Shown piece after piece: positions 37,246-47,038 of a DNA stretch of 64,000 nucleotides (the stretch's first letter is position 1; every line of letters starts with the position of its first letter). The translations under genes and the position numbers were made by a program. The notes under the pieces were generated by a model. That model did no database searches. It saw only the letters and a program-made list of their open reading frames with translations, and was not told the origin of the DNA. The stretch covers positions 17,191 to 81,190 of the forward strand of contig JACPLW010000005.1 of assembly GCA_016186325.1 (NCBI GenBank). Direction: 5' to 3'. Source of the DNA: Parcubacteria group bacterium. Lineage in GTDB: Bacteria > Patescibacteriota > Minisyncoccia > UBA10092.

Positions 37246-38312
37246 TAATGACTAATCATCGTTTGAAACTCTGCCGGATTTGAGGCGTAGGCCATCGCCG
37301 TTTCGGGCGCCACTTCACCGCGACGAACCAACTCCGCCAAGCTGTGATTTAAAGAAATCATACCACTTTCTAGCGAAGTTTCAATTACCAAATCAATTTG
37401 ATGGGCCTTATCTTCCCGAATTAGGTTAGAAGTGGCGTTATTACTAAACATTACTTCAGTTGCCGGTATCCGACCTCCGGAAATTTTTGGAAGAAGCCGC
37501 TGGGAAATTATTCCCGAAAGCGCGTTGGCAAGTTGCGAGCGTATTTGGTTTTGTTGGTCCGCGGGAAAAACATCAACAATTCTGTCAATGGTCTGACTGG
37601 CGCTATTGGTATGAAGAGATGAAAACACCAGATGCCCGGTTTCAGCCGCGGTCAGAGCCGACGCAATGGTTTCCGGGTCGCGCATCTCGCCTATCATTAT
37701 AACATTTGGATCTTCTCTTAGAAGAGAGGCAAGGGCATTATAAAAATTTTTAGTATCAGAGCCTACCTCTCTTTGATTAACTAAAGACTTATTGCCAATA
37801 AAAAGATATTCGATCGGATCTTCAATTGTAATAATATGTTCGGCGCGTAAATTATTTATTTCGTCAATGATAGATGCCAAGGTGGTTGACTTACCATGGC
37901 CGGATGGACCGGTAACCAAAACAAACCCTTGTTCTAGCTTTGAAATTTTATGGATTACGGCCGGCAAGTTTAGTTCTTCAATAGTTTTGATTTTTGAAGG
38001 AATTAATCTTAAAGCCGCGCTGGTAAAGCCCTTTTCAAGAAATACATTTACCCTAAAACGCGCTTTATCCTTAAAATTGTAAGAAAAATCAATCTCTTTT
38101 CTTTCGAGAAATGCGTCTTTTTTTTCGCCTAAAAGAAGATAAGCCAAATCGGCAGAATGTTCTTCTGTTAAAATTGAAAATTCTTCAAGCGGCGTAAGAG
38201 CGCCGTCAATCCTTAAAATCGGTTTGTATCCTGTATTTAAATGTAAGTCTGAAGCGTTGAATTTTAACGCGCTTAACATTAAATCTTCTAATTCCTGCTG
38301 GATGGTTGGCAT
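37245..38312 (-). CDS. pilT: Pilus retraction ATPase
   Basis: ASDLHL, GPSGHGKST, EDPIE, GEMRD, AAETGH, SNLIRE. Confidence 0.94.
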   Translation of the reverse strand: MPTIQQELEDLMLSALKFNASDLHLNTGYKPILRIDGALTPLEEFSILTEEHSADLAYLLLGEKKDAFLERKEIDFSYNFKDKARFRVNVFLEKGFTSAALRLIPSKIKTIEELNLPAVIHKISKLEQGFVLVTGPSGHGKSTTLASIIDEINNLRAEHIITIEDPIEYLFIGNKSLVNQREVGSDTKNFYNALASLLREDPNVIMIGEMRDPETIASALTAAETGHLVFSSLHTNSASQTIDRIVDVFPADQQNQIRSQLANALSGIISQRLLPKISGGRIPATEVMFSNNATSNLIREDKAHQIDLVIETSLESGMISLNHSLAELVRRGEVAPETAMAYASNPAEFQTMISH

Positions 38313-38354
38313 GTTTTATAATAAATAATTTAGAATTTTAACAAGATTTTATCT

Positions 38355-39926
38355 TTATGTCTTCTGTTCTTCGGCAGCGCTTACCACCAGAATAAGTTCG
38401 TTAAATCCTATCACTCCTTCCAGAACTTTTCTAATGCCGTCTTGAAACATCGTTATCATCCCCTGCCTTTTGGCTTCGGCCGTAATTTTTGATTCGGTAG
38501 GTCCCGAAATAATAATCTCTTCAAGGCTTGGCGTCATTTCCAAAAGTTCAAATACGGCAATCCGCCCTCTGGTTCCTTTGTGGCCGCACTTAGAACAGCC
38601 CTCCGCTTTATAAATCTTTACTTCTTCCCTTTTTATTTTCAGCCGTGATTCTTCCGGCATAGAATCAATGGCGTTTAAAATCACTTTTTTTATCGGTTCG
38701 GGCGCTTCAACTTCTTTTTTACAATCCGGACAAAGCCTTTTCACTAACCTTTGGGCCAAGGCCACATTTAGCGCCGAAGGTATAAGATATGGTTCAACGC
38801 TCATATTTATAAGGCGCGGAATGACACCGACGGCGTCATTGGTATGAAGTGTTGATAAAACGAGATGCCCGGTCAAAGCCGCTTGGGTTGCCAAACCGGC
38901 GGTTTCGGCGTCACGAATTTCGCCGACCACAATAATATTTGGATCCTGCCGCAAAATCTGCCGAAGGCCATTAGCGAAAGTGTATTCCAGTTCCGGCCTT
39001 ATTTGCGACTGATTAACACCCTCAATGTAATATTCCACCGGATCTTCCAAGCTTACGATGTTTACCGATTCGGAATTTAAAATCTGCAATATGCCGTAAA
39101 TAGTAGTAGATTTTCCGGAACCGGTCGGGCCAGTCATTAAAATCATTCCGAATGGTTTCCTAATACCTCTCTCAATAACCTCAAGGTTGCGGCCGACAAT
39201 GCCGAGTTCCGAAAGGGTCCGGAGTCCGATGGTCGGATCCAAAATCCTCATCGTAACTTTTTCGCCGCGGGCAGTAGGCAATACCGCAACACGAAGATCT
39301 ACTTCTCTTTCATCGGCCATTGTCGTAAAACGGCCATCCTGCGGCCGCCGCGTTTCGTCAATTTTCAAGTTGGAAAGAATTTTTACGCGGGCAACGATTG
39401 CCGGCGCAATTTCAACCGGTAATATCACAACGGTTTGAAGAACGCCATCAAGCCTGAAGCGAACCCGAAGTTTTTTCATCAATGGCTCAATGTGGATATC
39501 GGATGCTTTTGATTCAATGCCATGCCTTAAGATTGTCTCCACCATTCGGATTATCGGCGCTTCTTCAACCTTATCGGTTTTCAACACTGTTTCAGGCAGT
39601 TTAATTCTTTCTTCGGCCAATTCTTTTCTTAAGCCTTCCAGAGCTTCGCCCACTTCTTCTTTTAAACCGGCGTATTGTTTTATCAACTGAGACCAATCGT
39701 CTTCACTAATCTTAAAAACTCTGGCCACCAGGCCATTCCGAGATGCTAAAAAATTAAGCGCCTCTTGCGCTTTGACATCGCCGGTATCAACCAAGCCTAC
39801 ATCCAGCACATTCTCCGAAAGAGCCAGGGGGATCATTTTGTAGTACTGAGCCGCTTCTTCAGGAATTAAAACCAAAACATCCGGCGATATTTTTTGTTCC
39901 TTATCGATTTTTATCTTTTCCGCCAC
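38355..39926 (-). CDS. pilB: Pilus assembly ATPase
   Basis: ASDIHIEP, PQDG, GPTGSGKS, RQDP, GEIRD, CxxC pairs. Confidence 0.94.
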   Translation of the reverse strand: MAEKIKIDKEQKISPDVLVLIPEEAAQYYKMIPLALSENVLDVGLVDTGDVKAQEALNFLASRNGLVARVFKISEDDWSQLIKQYAGLKEEVGEALEGLRKELAEERIKLPETVLKTDKVEEAPIIRMVETILRHGIESKASDIHIEPLMKKLRVRFRLDGVLQTVVILPVEIAPAIVARVKILSNLKIDETRRPQDGRFTTMADEREVDLRVAVLPTARGEKVTMRILDPTIGLRTLSELGIVGRNLEVIERGIRKPFGMILMTGPTGSGKSTTIYGILQILNSESVNIVSLEDPVEYYIEGVNQSQIRPELEYTFANGLRQILRQDPNIIVVGEIRDAETAGLATQAALTGHLVLSTLHTNDAVGVIPRLINMSVEPYLIPSALNVALAQRLVKRLCPDCKKEVEAPEPIKKVILNAIDSMPEESRLKIKREEVKIYKAEGCSKCGHKGTRGRIAVFELLEMTPSLEEIIISGPTESKITAEAKRQGMITMFQDGIRKVLEGVIGFNELILVVSAAEEQKT

Positions 39927-39937
39927 GTTTATAATTT

Positions 39938-40282
39938 TTAATATGGAACAAACGGATTGACTCGTCCAAGCGAGTCGGCAATTATCGGAAGTCCTCCGTA
40001 AATTTTCAGCGATTTATAAAAATCGCCGTCAAAAACATCAAAACGAAATCCCGGTAATTCGCCAACTTTTAATTCAAGAGGATTTAAAACCGGCGCCGGC
40101 GAAATAATCGGGGTTTTCAAAGACAGGCCGACTCCTTTATAAAAGAAAAAATAAGCGCCGGCTCCTAAAACCAAAATGGCAAATAACCCAATTAAATAAG
40201 ACAGGTAAGATTTATTGGAAGATGCCGGAGGTTTGAAAGCTCCAAAAGTACCTGATGACATTGTGCTGGGGATATTAACCAT
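39938..40282 (-). CDS. Membrane-anchored pilus-operon protein (PilP position)
   Basis: One TM, C-terminal GRxNPF; located after pilMNO. Confidence 0.6.
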   Translation of the reverse strand: MVNIPSTMSSGTFGAFKPPASSNKSYLSYLIGLFAILVLGAGAYFFFYKGVGLSLKTPIISPAPVLNPLELKVGELPGFRFDVFDGDFYKSLKIYGGLPIIADSLGRVNPFVPY

Positions 40283-40284
40283 AA

Positions 40285-40830
40285 TTATTGATAGTAAGTG
40301 CTTATTATTAAATTAAATTCCAAGTTATCGGTCCGGGCACCGATTTGACCCGGTCCCACTCCAACAAAAGAAATGCCGACAACATCAAAAATTCTTAAAC
40401 TCTTTTCCATAGCCTTGAGATAATTCTGAAAATCAAAATACGATCCTTTAATTTTTACTTCCATCACCAATGTCTTGATATTTTCGCTTTTAAAATCTTC
40501 TGGTTTAAAATTAACTCCCAAAAATTCCATGCCGGTTTCCGAAGCCAGGGCTTCAAGGTTTATGAGAAGCTCCGGGATATTTTGGCCCGCCGGAATGGCT
40601 TTATTAAAAGAAGCGATATCGGCGCTCCGTTCATTATATTGACCAATCAATCGCTCTAAATTTGCCGTAAGTTTTTTTCTTTCGGCCAGGTTTTCTTCAT
40701 TCTGTTTTTTTACTTCAAGCGCGGCATTGATATGGCCGTAGAGCGGCATTAAAACCCAAAAGCCTATTGCCAGGGCAACAAGAATTAAGACCAATGGAAA
40801 AATCAAATATCTAAAAATGTTGATGTTCAT
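40285..40830 (-). CDS. pilO: PilO-like protein
   Basis: TM + coiled coil, GSY..F..YL..MEKSLR; synteny. Confidence 0.8.
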   Translation of the reverse strand: MNINIFRYLIFPLVLILVALAIGFWVLMPLYGHINAALEVKKQNEENLAERKKLTANLERLIGQYNERSADIASFNKAIPAGQNIPELLINLEALASETGMEFLGVNFKPEDFKSENIKTLVMEVKIKGSYFDFQNYLKAMEKSLRIFDVVGISFVGVGPGQIGARTDNLEFNLIISTYYQ

Positions 40831-40837
40831 GCCGTTT

Positions 40838-41362
40838 TTATCTAATAAATATTTTTGGATCAAGCAACATTACCAATTCAAAGTCCAAACCGCTTGTTCC
40901 AAAATTAATGCCTTTCACTTCCAAATTTTTGACGTTTTCGTTTTCGCGCAAGGCCACCATTTGTTTGGCTAGAGCAGTATAGTTTTGCGCCGAACCCTTA
41001 AGTTGCATAGCGCTTTTTTCGCGATCAACATCAAATTTAGTGAAAACTACTTTTGAATAAGTAAGCGAACCGATAAGTTCCATCATCTTAGAAAGATAAC
41101 TATGATTTGCCACAAGGCCGCTAAAAGCGGTAAGCGAATCGGCTAAGTTTGCTATTGTCATTTCGTCGCCCTTGCTGACTTTTGCCGCCTCAACTTTTAT
41201 TTGATTGTTGATGTTGACTATATCCGTCTCAATCCCGGACAAATAAACCCTAAAAAATATGAACGCGGAAATAGTCAAGAAAAAAAATACCAAAGAAACC
41301 CTAAGCGGCCACCGCCAGGTTATTGTATAACTTTTTGATTTTTGTGTTGCCAGTTCTACCAT
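40838..41362 (-). CDS. pilN: PilN-like protein
   Basis: TM + coiled coil, L.G.A..Y..LA.Q; synteny. Confidence 0.75.
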   Translation of the reverse strand: MVELATQKSKSYTITWRWPLRVSLVFFFLTISAFIFFRVYLSGIETDIVNINNQIKVEAAKVSKGDEMTIANLADSLTAFSGLVANHSYLSKMMELIGSLTYSKVVFTKFDVDREKSAMQLKGSAQNYTALAKQMVALRENENVKNLEVKGINFGTSGLDFELVMLLDPKIFIR

Positions 41363-41365
41363 ATT

Positions 41366-42445
41366 TTATTGAAGAGATCTTAGCGCCAAACCAGCTGCTA
41401 CCGTAAATTCATGTCCTATTTCATCAATTATCGGCTTAAAATTTGGGGGATAAGCTATTCGGCTGAAAGGATCGCCGGCCGCAACATCAATTTTCAATTG
41501 GCCCTCAAAGTATTCCGCAAGGCCGGGCATTTTAGCGGCGCCGCCGTAAATAATCAATCTCTCAATTTTTTTCTTGGTTTTTGTAAAATAAATTTCAATA
41601 ATATTTTTAATGGCAAGGGCAACCGTATCAAGAAGCGGGATGAGCACCGCGGCTATTTGAGCATTATTGTCTAAAGTTTTCAATCCATTTTCCTTTTTTA
41701 TTTCTTCGGCCCGGCGCCAGCTTACGTTGAGATTATTTGAGAGAACCCTCGTCAAATCTTCGCCGGAAGTTTCGATGGAATGGCTTATTCTTAGAAATCC
41801 GCCATCAACAATGCTTATAGTGGTATCGCGAGAGCCCATATCGACTAAAACCGTCGGAGTCGGATCATTTCCCATTAAAGCCCGGACAGCCGAAATGGTC
41901 TCAAGTTCAACCGCTAAAAGCTTCAAATTGGTTTCTCCGGCAACTGAAGCGTATTCATTTATCAGTTCTCTCGGAATAGCCACAAGAAGAATGAGTATTT
42001 TCCCGCTGCCATTTGAACCAATCAAAGACCAGTCAATAGCAACGCTGTCAAGCGATACCGGAATATACTTTTTGGCCTCAAACTGAACCGCGCTCTTAAT
42101 TTCCGCTTCGGACATTTGCGGCAATTCCATTACCGTAAGAAAACTTGAAAAAATCGGCATCGACATATTGATTTCCTTTGCGGTTATTCCGCTTTCTTTA
42201 AGGAGCCGCCTTAGCATCAAAACAGCCTCGCCGCCAAAAATTTTTTGAGTTTTTTGCGTTGGCGGACCTTGAACCGAATTTGTCGCCGAGAGCGAGTAAT
42301 TTTCCAAAATCCCGTAATTTTGGAGCTTGGGCCGGCCATTCTCAATTGAAAGTTCAATTATTTTTATTGATAAGGTACCGATATCAACACCTAAATAGTT
42401 TTTCGGCCCTAACTCAAAACCAAACAATTTAAAAGGTGGTGCCAT
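41366..42445 (-). CDS. pilM: Pilus assembly protein PilM
   Basis: GVDIG..SIK, EAKKYIP, DMG, GG.A.MPG, A.GLA. Confidence 0.93.
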   Translation of the reverse strand: MAPPFKLFGFELGPKNYLGVDIGTLSIKIIELSIENGRPKLQNYGILENYSLSATNSVQGPPTQKTQKIFGGEAVLMLRRLLKESGITAKEINMSMPIFSSFLTVMELPQMSEAEIKSAVQFEAKKYIPVSLDSVAIDWSLIGSNGSGKILILLVAIPRELINEYASVAGETNLKLLAVELETISAVRALMGNDPTPTVLVDMGSRDTTISIVDGGFLRISHSIETSGEDLTRVLSNNLNVSWRRAEEIKKENGLKTLDNNAQIAAVLIPLLDTVALAIKNIIEIYFTKTKKKIERLIIYGGAAKMPGLAEYFEGQLKIDVAAGDPFSRIAYPPNFKPIIDEIGHEFTVAAGLALRSLQ

Positions 42446-42477
42446 AAGAGGGGTTTACAAACTGAATGTTTAATTCT

Positions 42478-42523
42478 ATTATATCATAAAAAATGAAACT
42501 CAAAGTAAATATACTTATCCACA
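42478..42523 (-). promoter_or_regulatory. pilM promoter (TGnTATAAT) with DnaA box at 42515-42523
   Basis: TTATCCACA 31 nt from the -10 hexamer. Confidence 0.6.
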
Positions 42524-42548
42524 TTCTAAAAAATTTAGGAATAATGAA

Positions 42549-44882
42549 ATGAATCTCTCGCCATCATTCAAAAACAGGTTAACGTCGCGGGCGGAAAATG
42601 TCCTAAAATTCGCTGAAAATTTGGCTAATAGCAGCTCAAATTTTGAGCAGAAAAAAGCCAGGCTTTCAGTCGGACATCTTTTAGAAGCAATTTTTACGAT
42701 TCGCGGCAGTTTAGCTTACAATATTTTACAAAATCACAATCTTAAATTGAGTGATTTTTCTTTCCCTTCAAGAAATGACTTGCCACTAAAAATGGCCCTA
42801 AAAAGCGCCCTGGAAGAAGCGATGAAATATAATTACAGCCATATTGGTACCGAGCACTTGCTTTGGGGGGCTTTAAAAGAAATGAGGGACTGTGTTAAAA
42901 CAGAGAGACTTCAAATGGTGGTAAACACCGAAAACCACCTAAAAGAAATTTTTTCGGTTTCAGGAAGAACAAGTAATTTAAAAAACGCGGATCTTCCAAA
43001 ATCTAGGACATACGGCCAGAACATTTTTGACAAACTGATTATTGACGCTTATAAAAACTTGGTAAATCTGCCCGACGTTTTGAATAACGACCATGCAAAA
43101 GAACCGTCATCGGCTCTAGAAACTTTCGGCACGGAACTGGTTGAAGCGGCAAAAAAAGGAACAATTGATCCGACGATCGGCCGGGAAAAAGAAATCAAAA
43201 GAATCGTAACCATAATGAGCCGGCACAACAAAAATAACCCGATGCTTATCGGAGAACCGGGCGTCGGGAAAACTGCTTTAGTTTACGGCTTGGCTCAAAA
43301 AATCGCGACTTCTGACGTGCCGCCATTTTTATTAAAAAAAAGTATTTATCAGCTTGATCTCGGGGCCATTGTCGCCGGCACTACTTTCAGGGGCGAATTT
43401 GAAGCCAGAATAAAAGACATTCTCTACGAGGCCGAAGAAAAGAATGCCGTTATTTTTATTGACGAGTTTCATACTGTAATCGGCGCCGGCGCCGCCCAAG
43501 GTTCGCTTGATGTCGCCAATATAATCAAACCCCTGCTGTCTATGCGTAAAATCCAAATCATCGGCGCCACTACCATAGGCGAATGGCGAAAACACATTGA
43601 AAAAGATGCCGCTCTTGAAAGACGTTTTCAGCCGATAACAATAGATGAACCAACAGAAACCCAAACAGAAGAAATCCTTTTAGGGCTTCTTCCTGTCTTA
43701 GAAAAACATCACAATTTAAAAATTACGCCCGAAGCCATAAAATCCGCAGTGGTTTTGGCAACAAGATATTTAAACGAAAGGTTTTTGCCCGACAAGGCAA
43801 TCGACCTTCTTGATGAAGCCGCCGCTCTAAAATCGCTGGAAAATAACCTGCCGGCTGTTTTAAAAGGCAACGATGTCGCTAGGGCGCTGAATATCATCAC
43901 GGGAATCCCGATTAAAAACCTAGCCGGCCCAAAAAACGACTTAACGGCGACGCCCGACTTGACTAAAATCGAAAAGAAACTGGGCCAAAAAATCATCGGG
44001 CAAAAAGAAGGGGTAAGAATAATCGCGGAAACCCTAAGGCGCGCCAATGCCGGCTTAAATAACAAAGAAAGGCCGCTCGGATCATTCCTCTTCATCGGCC
44101 CGACCGGAGTTGGCAAAACCGAATTAGCTAAAATTTTACATCAAGAAATCTCGCCCTCAACTCAAATAATCAAATTTGACATGTCCGAATTTTTGGAAGC
44201 CCATTCAATCGCCAAGCTTATCGGATCGCCGCCGGGTTACATCGGCTATGAAGAGCCGGGCAATCTCACGGAAAAAATAAGAAGAAATCCTTACGCCGTA
44301 GTTCTTTTTGACGAAATTGAAAAGGCTCATCCTCAAATTGCCAATATTTTGCTCCAGATTATTGAAGAAGGAAATTTAACCGATAATCACGGTCGCCTAA
44401 CCAGCTTTAAAAATGCCATTATAATATTGACATCCAATCTCGGGTCAAAAGAATTCAGCCGCGAAGCCAAGCGATTCGGCTTTATTTCAAATCACAAAAA
44501 ATCTTTGCGCGATAAGTATAGCGAAATAAAAGAAGCCGGCTTGAAAGCGCTGCGCCGGCATTTTGTTCCAGAACTATTATCGCGCCTTGACGAAATTATT
44601 GTTTTTAATCCTTTAGGGCCAAGCGAGGTGAGAAAAATCGCCATGCTGGAAATGAAAAAAATGACCGAAGAAGCTCCCGATTATAAGATCACTGTAAAAA
44701 ACGGCGTTTTTGACTTTATAATTACTAAAGCCGGATTCCACCAAAACGGCGCCAGAGAAATAAAGCGCTTGATAAATAAAACGATTGCCAATCCTCTGGC
44801 AGAATTTCTTCTTAATAAAAAAAATCATGGCAGAAAAAACCTGGACATTAACGTCAAAAATAACAAAGTTGTTATTTCATGA
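42549..44882 (+). CDS. clpC: ClpA/ClpC-family AAA+ chaperone
   Basis: Clp_N (IGTEHLL), GEPGVGKT, FIDE, GPTGVGKT, GSPPGYIG. Confidence 0.88.
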   Translation: MNLSPSFKNRLTSRAENVLKFAENLANSSSNFEQKKARLSVGHLLEAIFTIRGSLAYNILQNHNLKLSDFSFPSRNDLPLKMALKSALEEAMKYNYSHIGTEHLLWGALKEMRDCVKTERLQMVVNTENHLKEIFSVSGRTSNLKNADLPKSRTYGQNIFDKLIIDAYKNLVNLPDVLNNDHAKEPSSALETFGTELVEAAKKGTIDPTIGREKEIKRIVTIMSRHNKNNPMLIGEPGVGKTALVYGLAQKIATSDVPPFLLKKSIYQLDLGAIVAGTTFRGEFEARIKDILYEAEEKNAVIFIDEFHTVIGAGAAQGSLDVANIIKPLLSMRKIQIIGATTIGEWRKHIEKDAALERRFQPITIDEPTETQTEEILLGLLPVLEKHHNLKITPEAIKSAVVLATRYLNERFLPDKAIDLLDEAAALKSLENNLPAVLKGNDVARALNIITGIPIKNLAGPKNDLTATPDLTKIEKKLGQKIIGQKEGVRIIAETLRRANAGLNNKERPLGSFLFIGPTGVGKTELAKILHQEISPSTQIIKFDMSEFLEAHSIAKLIGSPPGYIGYEEPGNLTEKIRRNPYAVVLFDEIEKAHPQIANILLQIIEEGNLTDNHGRLTSFKNAIIILTSNLGSKEFSREAKRFGFISNHKKSLRDKYSEIKEAGLKALRRHFVPELLSRLDEIIVFNPLGPSEVRKIAMLEMKKMTEEAPDYKITVKNGVFDFIITKAGFHQNGAREIKRLINKTIANPLAEFLLNKKNHGRKNLDINVKNNKVVIS

Positions 44883-45682
44883 ACTTGAAAAATCTTCTGC
44901 TTGATCTGATTTTCCCTCGCCATTGCCTTGGTTGTAGAGTTGAACTCACGTCAAAACAGGCCTCGCTTATTTGCGCGGCCTGTTTTGACAAAATCATTTT
45001 AAATTCCGCCCTAAAATGCCACATATGCGGCTTAAGAATCGGCCGAATGGAGGTACACAAAAACTGCCGGAAAAAAACGAATATAAAAACTATATTTTCG
45101 GCCGGCCATTATAGCGATCCGATTTTAAGAGAAGCAATCCATGTTTTTAAATACCGCTCTATAGAATCTCTTAAAGAAATTCTGGCGGAATTAATGGTTA
45201 AATACATTAAAAAAGAGCGTCTTCTAAGCGAGTTCACCGATTCGATTTTGGTGCCGATTCCACTTACTCTAAGACGAAGAGTGATCCGCGGCTTTAACCA
45301 AAGCGAACTTCTGGCTAACGAGCTCTCAAAATTCCTTAACTGTCCGGTTGTGAACATGCTAACGCGAAAAAAATTTACGGCGCCGCAAGCCGACATTTCG
45401 GATTGGCAAAAAAGAAAAGAAAATGTTTCCGGCGCTTTTGCCTTATCCCCCCGCCCAGATTTTTCTGGGCGAGGCTCGCCCACTTTGTGGGCGGCATCTT
45501 ATCCACCCGCCAAAGGCGAGGCTCGCCCCGCTGCTGCGGGGCGGCAAAACTATCGATGTCCGACATCAATAATTTTAGTTGACGATGTTTCAACCTCCGG
45601 CGCCACTTTGGAAGAAGCAGCGTTGATCTTGAAAAAAGCCGGAGTAAAAGAAATTTACGGGTTAGTCGTCGCTAGGGGCTAG
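44879..45682 (+). CDS. comF: ComF-family competence protein
   Basis: Zn ribbon CxxC, RGFNQS, LVDDV.TSGAT. Confidence 0.9.
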   Translation: MNLKNLLLDLIFPRHCLGCRVELTSKQASLICAACFDKIILNSALKCHICGLRIGRMEVHKNCRKKTNIKTIFSAGHYSDPILREAIHVFKYRSIESLKEILAELMVKYIKKERLLSEFTDSILVPIPLTLRRRVIRGFNQSELLANELSKFLNCPVVNMLTRKKFTAPQADISDWQKRKENVSGAFALSPRPDFSGRGSPTLWAASYPPAKGEARPAAAGRQNYRCPTSIILVDDVSTSGATLEEAALILKKAGVKEIYGLVVARG

Positions 45683-46983
45683 CGCGGAATGATTTCTCTA
45701 AACTCCGGCAAAGCTAACGGAGAAATGGTAATTACCACTGATTTGGGAATTGAACCTCCTGGACCGGTGCAGGTCAAAGTGTAAGTAACGCTTGGCGGCG
45801 GCGAAGGTATCACCGTTTGACCAACAGAGTTATTCAAAGCCTTGGGGCCATTCCAATCGCTTTGAGTTGGATTACTTGAAGCGTTACAAGAAGTGGTATA
45901 AGTAGAATCCCACTTTAAAATTGAGCTTTGGCCTTGAAAAATGGAAGTTGGATTGGCCGAAAAATTAAGAGTTGGCGGACAACTGGGAGTATCAACATTC
46001 AAAGAATTCGATCGCCTAGTCCCGGCACTATTGTAGGCCTCAATCTGATAAAGATAGGAAGTATTTTGGCTGACGGTTGTGTCGGTAAAATTCAAAGCGA
46101 TATAGGGCTGATAAGGAGAAATGTCAACGCGAGCAGAGCCTCTTAAAATTCTATAGGCATCTGCTCCGCTTGAAGCAGTCCAAGTTAACCCCACAGAATT
46201 GCAAGCGATACTGCCTTGGCTTAGATTAAAACTTCCAGGTATCGAAATATAACCGGCCGTGACCGTTTTATTAGCGGTCATGGTCACATTGCATGTGCGG
46301 TTTCCACTCCCGCTGACGCTGTTGCATCCTGACCAGCTTGAAAAGTCGGCGGAGCCTTTGGTAGCGGGAGCAGTAAGAGAAAGACTGGTGCCATCTGTTA
46401 CAGTTTTGGTGTAGTTGGTCGTACCGCCATAAGTCGAGGGTGAACCGGTAATAGCAACGCTTGAAGCTCCGGAGGAGTTAACCGAGAGGGTGTAGTTGGC
46501 TGGAGCACAATTCGGAGTGATAAAAGATCGATTAGAGATTACACTGCTTCCATCGCGTAAAGCATATATGTAAGTAGTATTCGAATCTAAAGGATCCAGG
46601 GTTACGCTTCCACTTGCGGGAAGCGTAAACCAATCCCATCCCGCAGAATTATACATTCCAGACGGAGTATAAACTATCGAATCGCACCAGTAATTTTTGC
46701 ATACATCAAGATTTACTGCATGATTAGAATTAGAATTAGTCCAGCTGATTGTAGCCCGCGCGGTCTCGCCCACGCATGTAGGAGAGGATGCCGAAGAAGA
46801 TAAGCAGGCCGGAACCGATACACCGGCCCTGGTTTCCTGGGTCCACTGGGGAGAATCTGGGACGGCGGATAATTTTACGGCAGAAAAATTCGCCGATACC
46901 AAAACGTCGGCGGCAATAAATAGCCCGCCCAAAATTATAGCCGCTGAAATAATTATTTTTTTAGAAAAAAATGTGTTTGCCAC
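45679..46983 (-). CDS. Exported Ser/Thr/Cys-rich protein with FN3/Ig-like repeats
   Basis: N-terminal hydrophobic segment, FN3-like W.AS.GA..Y...Y.Y.I.A.N, YTLTC.G.GG, C-terminal FREIIPR. Confidence 0.75.
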   Translation of the reverse strand: MANTFFSKKIIISAAIILGGLFIAADVLVSANFSAVKLSAVPDSPQWTQETRAGVSVPACLSSSASSPTCVGETARATISWTNSNSNHAVNLDVCKNYWCDSIVYTPSGMYNSAGWDWFTLPASGSVTLDPLDSNTTYIYALRDGSSVISNRSFITPNCAPANYTLSVNSSGASSVAITGSPSTYGGTTNYTKTVTDGTSLSLTAPATKGSADFSSWSGCNSVSGSGNRTCNVTMTANKTVTAGYISIPGSFNLSQGSIACNSVGLTWTASSGADAYRILRGSARVDISPYQPYIALNFTDTTVSQNTSYLYQIEAYNSAGTRRSNSLNVDTPSCPPTLNFSANPTSIFQGQSSILKWDSTYTTSCNASSNPTQSDWNGPKALNNSVGQTVIPSPPPSVTYTLTCTGPGGSIPKSVVITISPLALPEFREIIPR

Positions 46984-46990
46984 TGATTAG

Positions 46991-47034
46991 AGTATACCAA
47001 AATATTTATTAAAAAACCCTAACCGTTATCCACA
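46991..47034 (-). promoter_or_regulatory. Leaderless promoter (TGnTATACT) with DnaA box at 47026-47034
   Basis: TTATCCACA 29 nt from -10; -10 is 7 nt from GTG. Confidence 0.6.
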
Positions 47035-47038
47035 ATCG

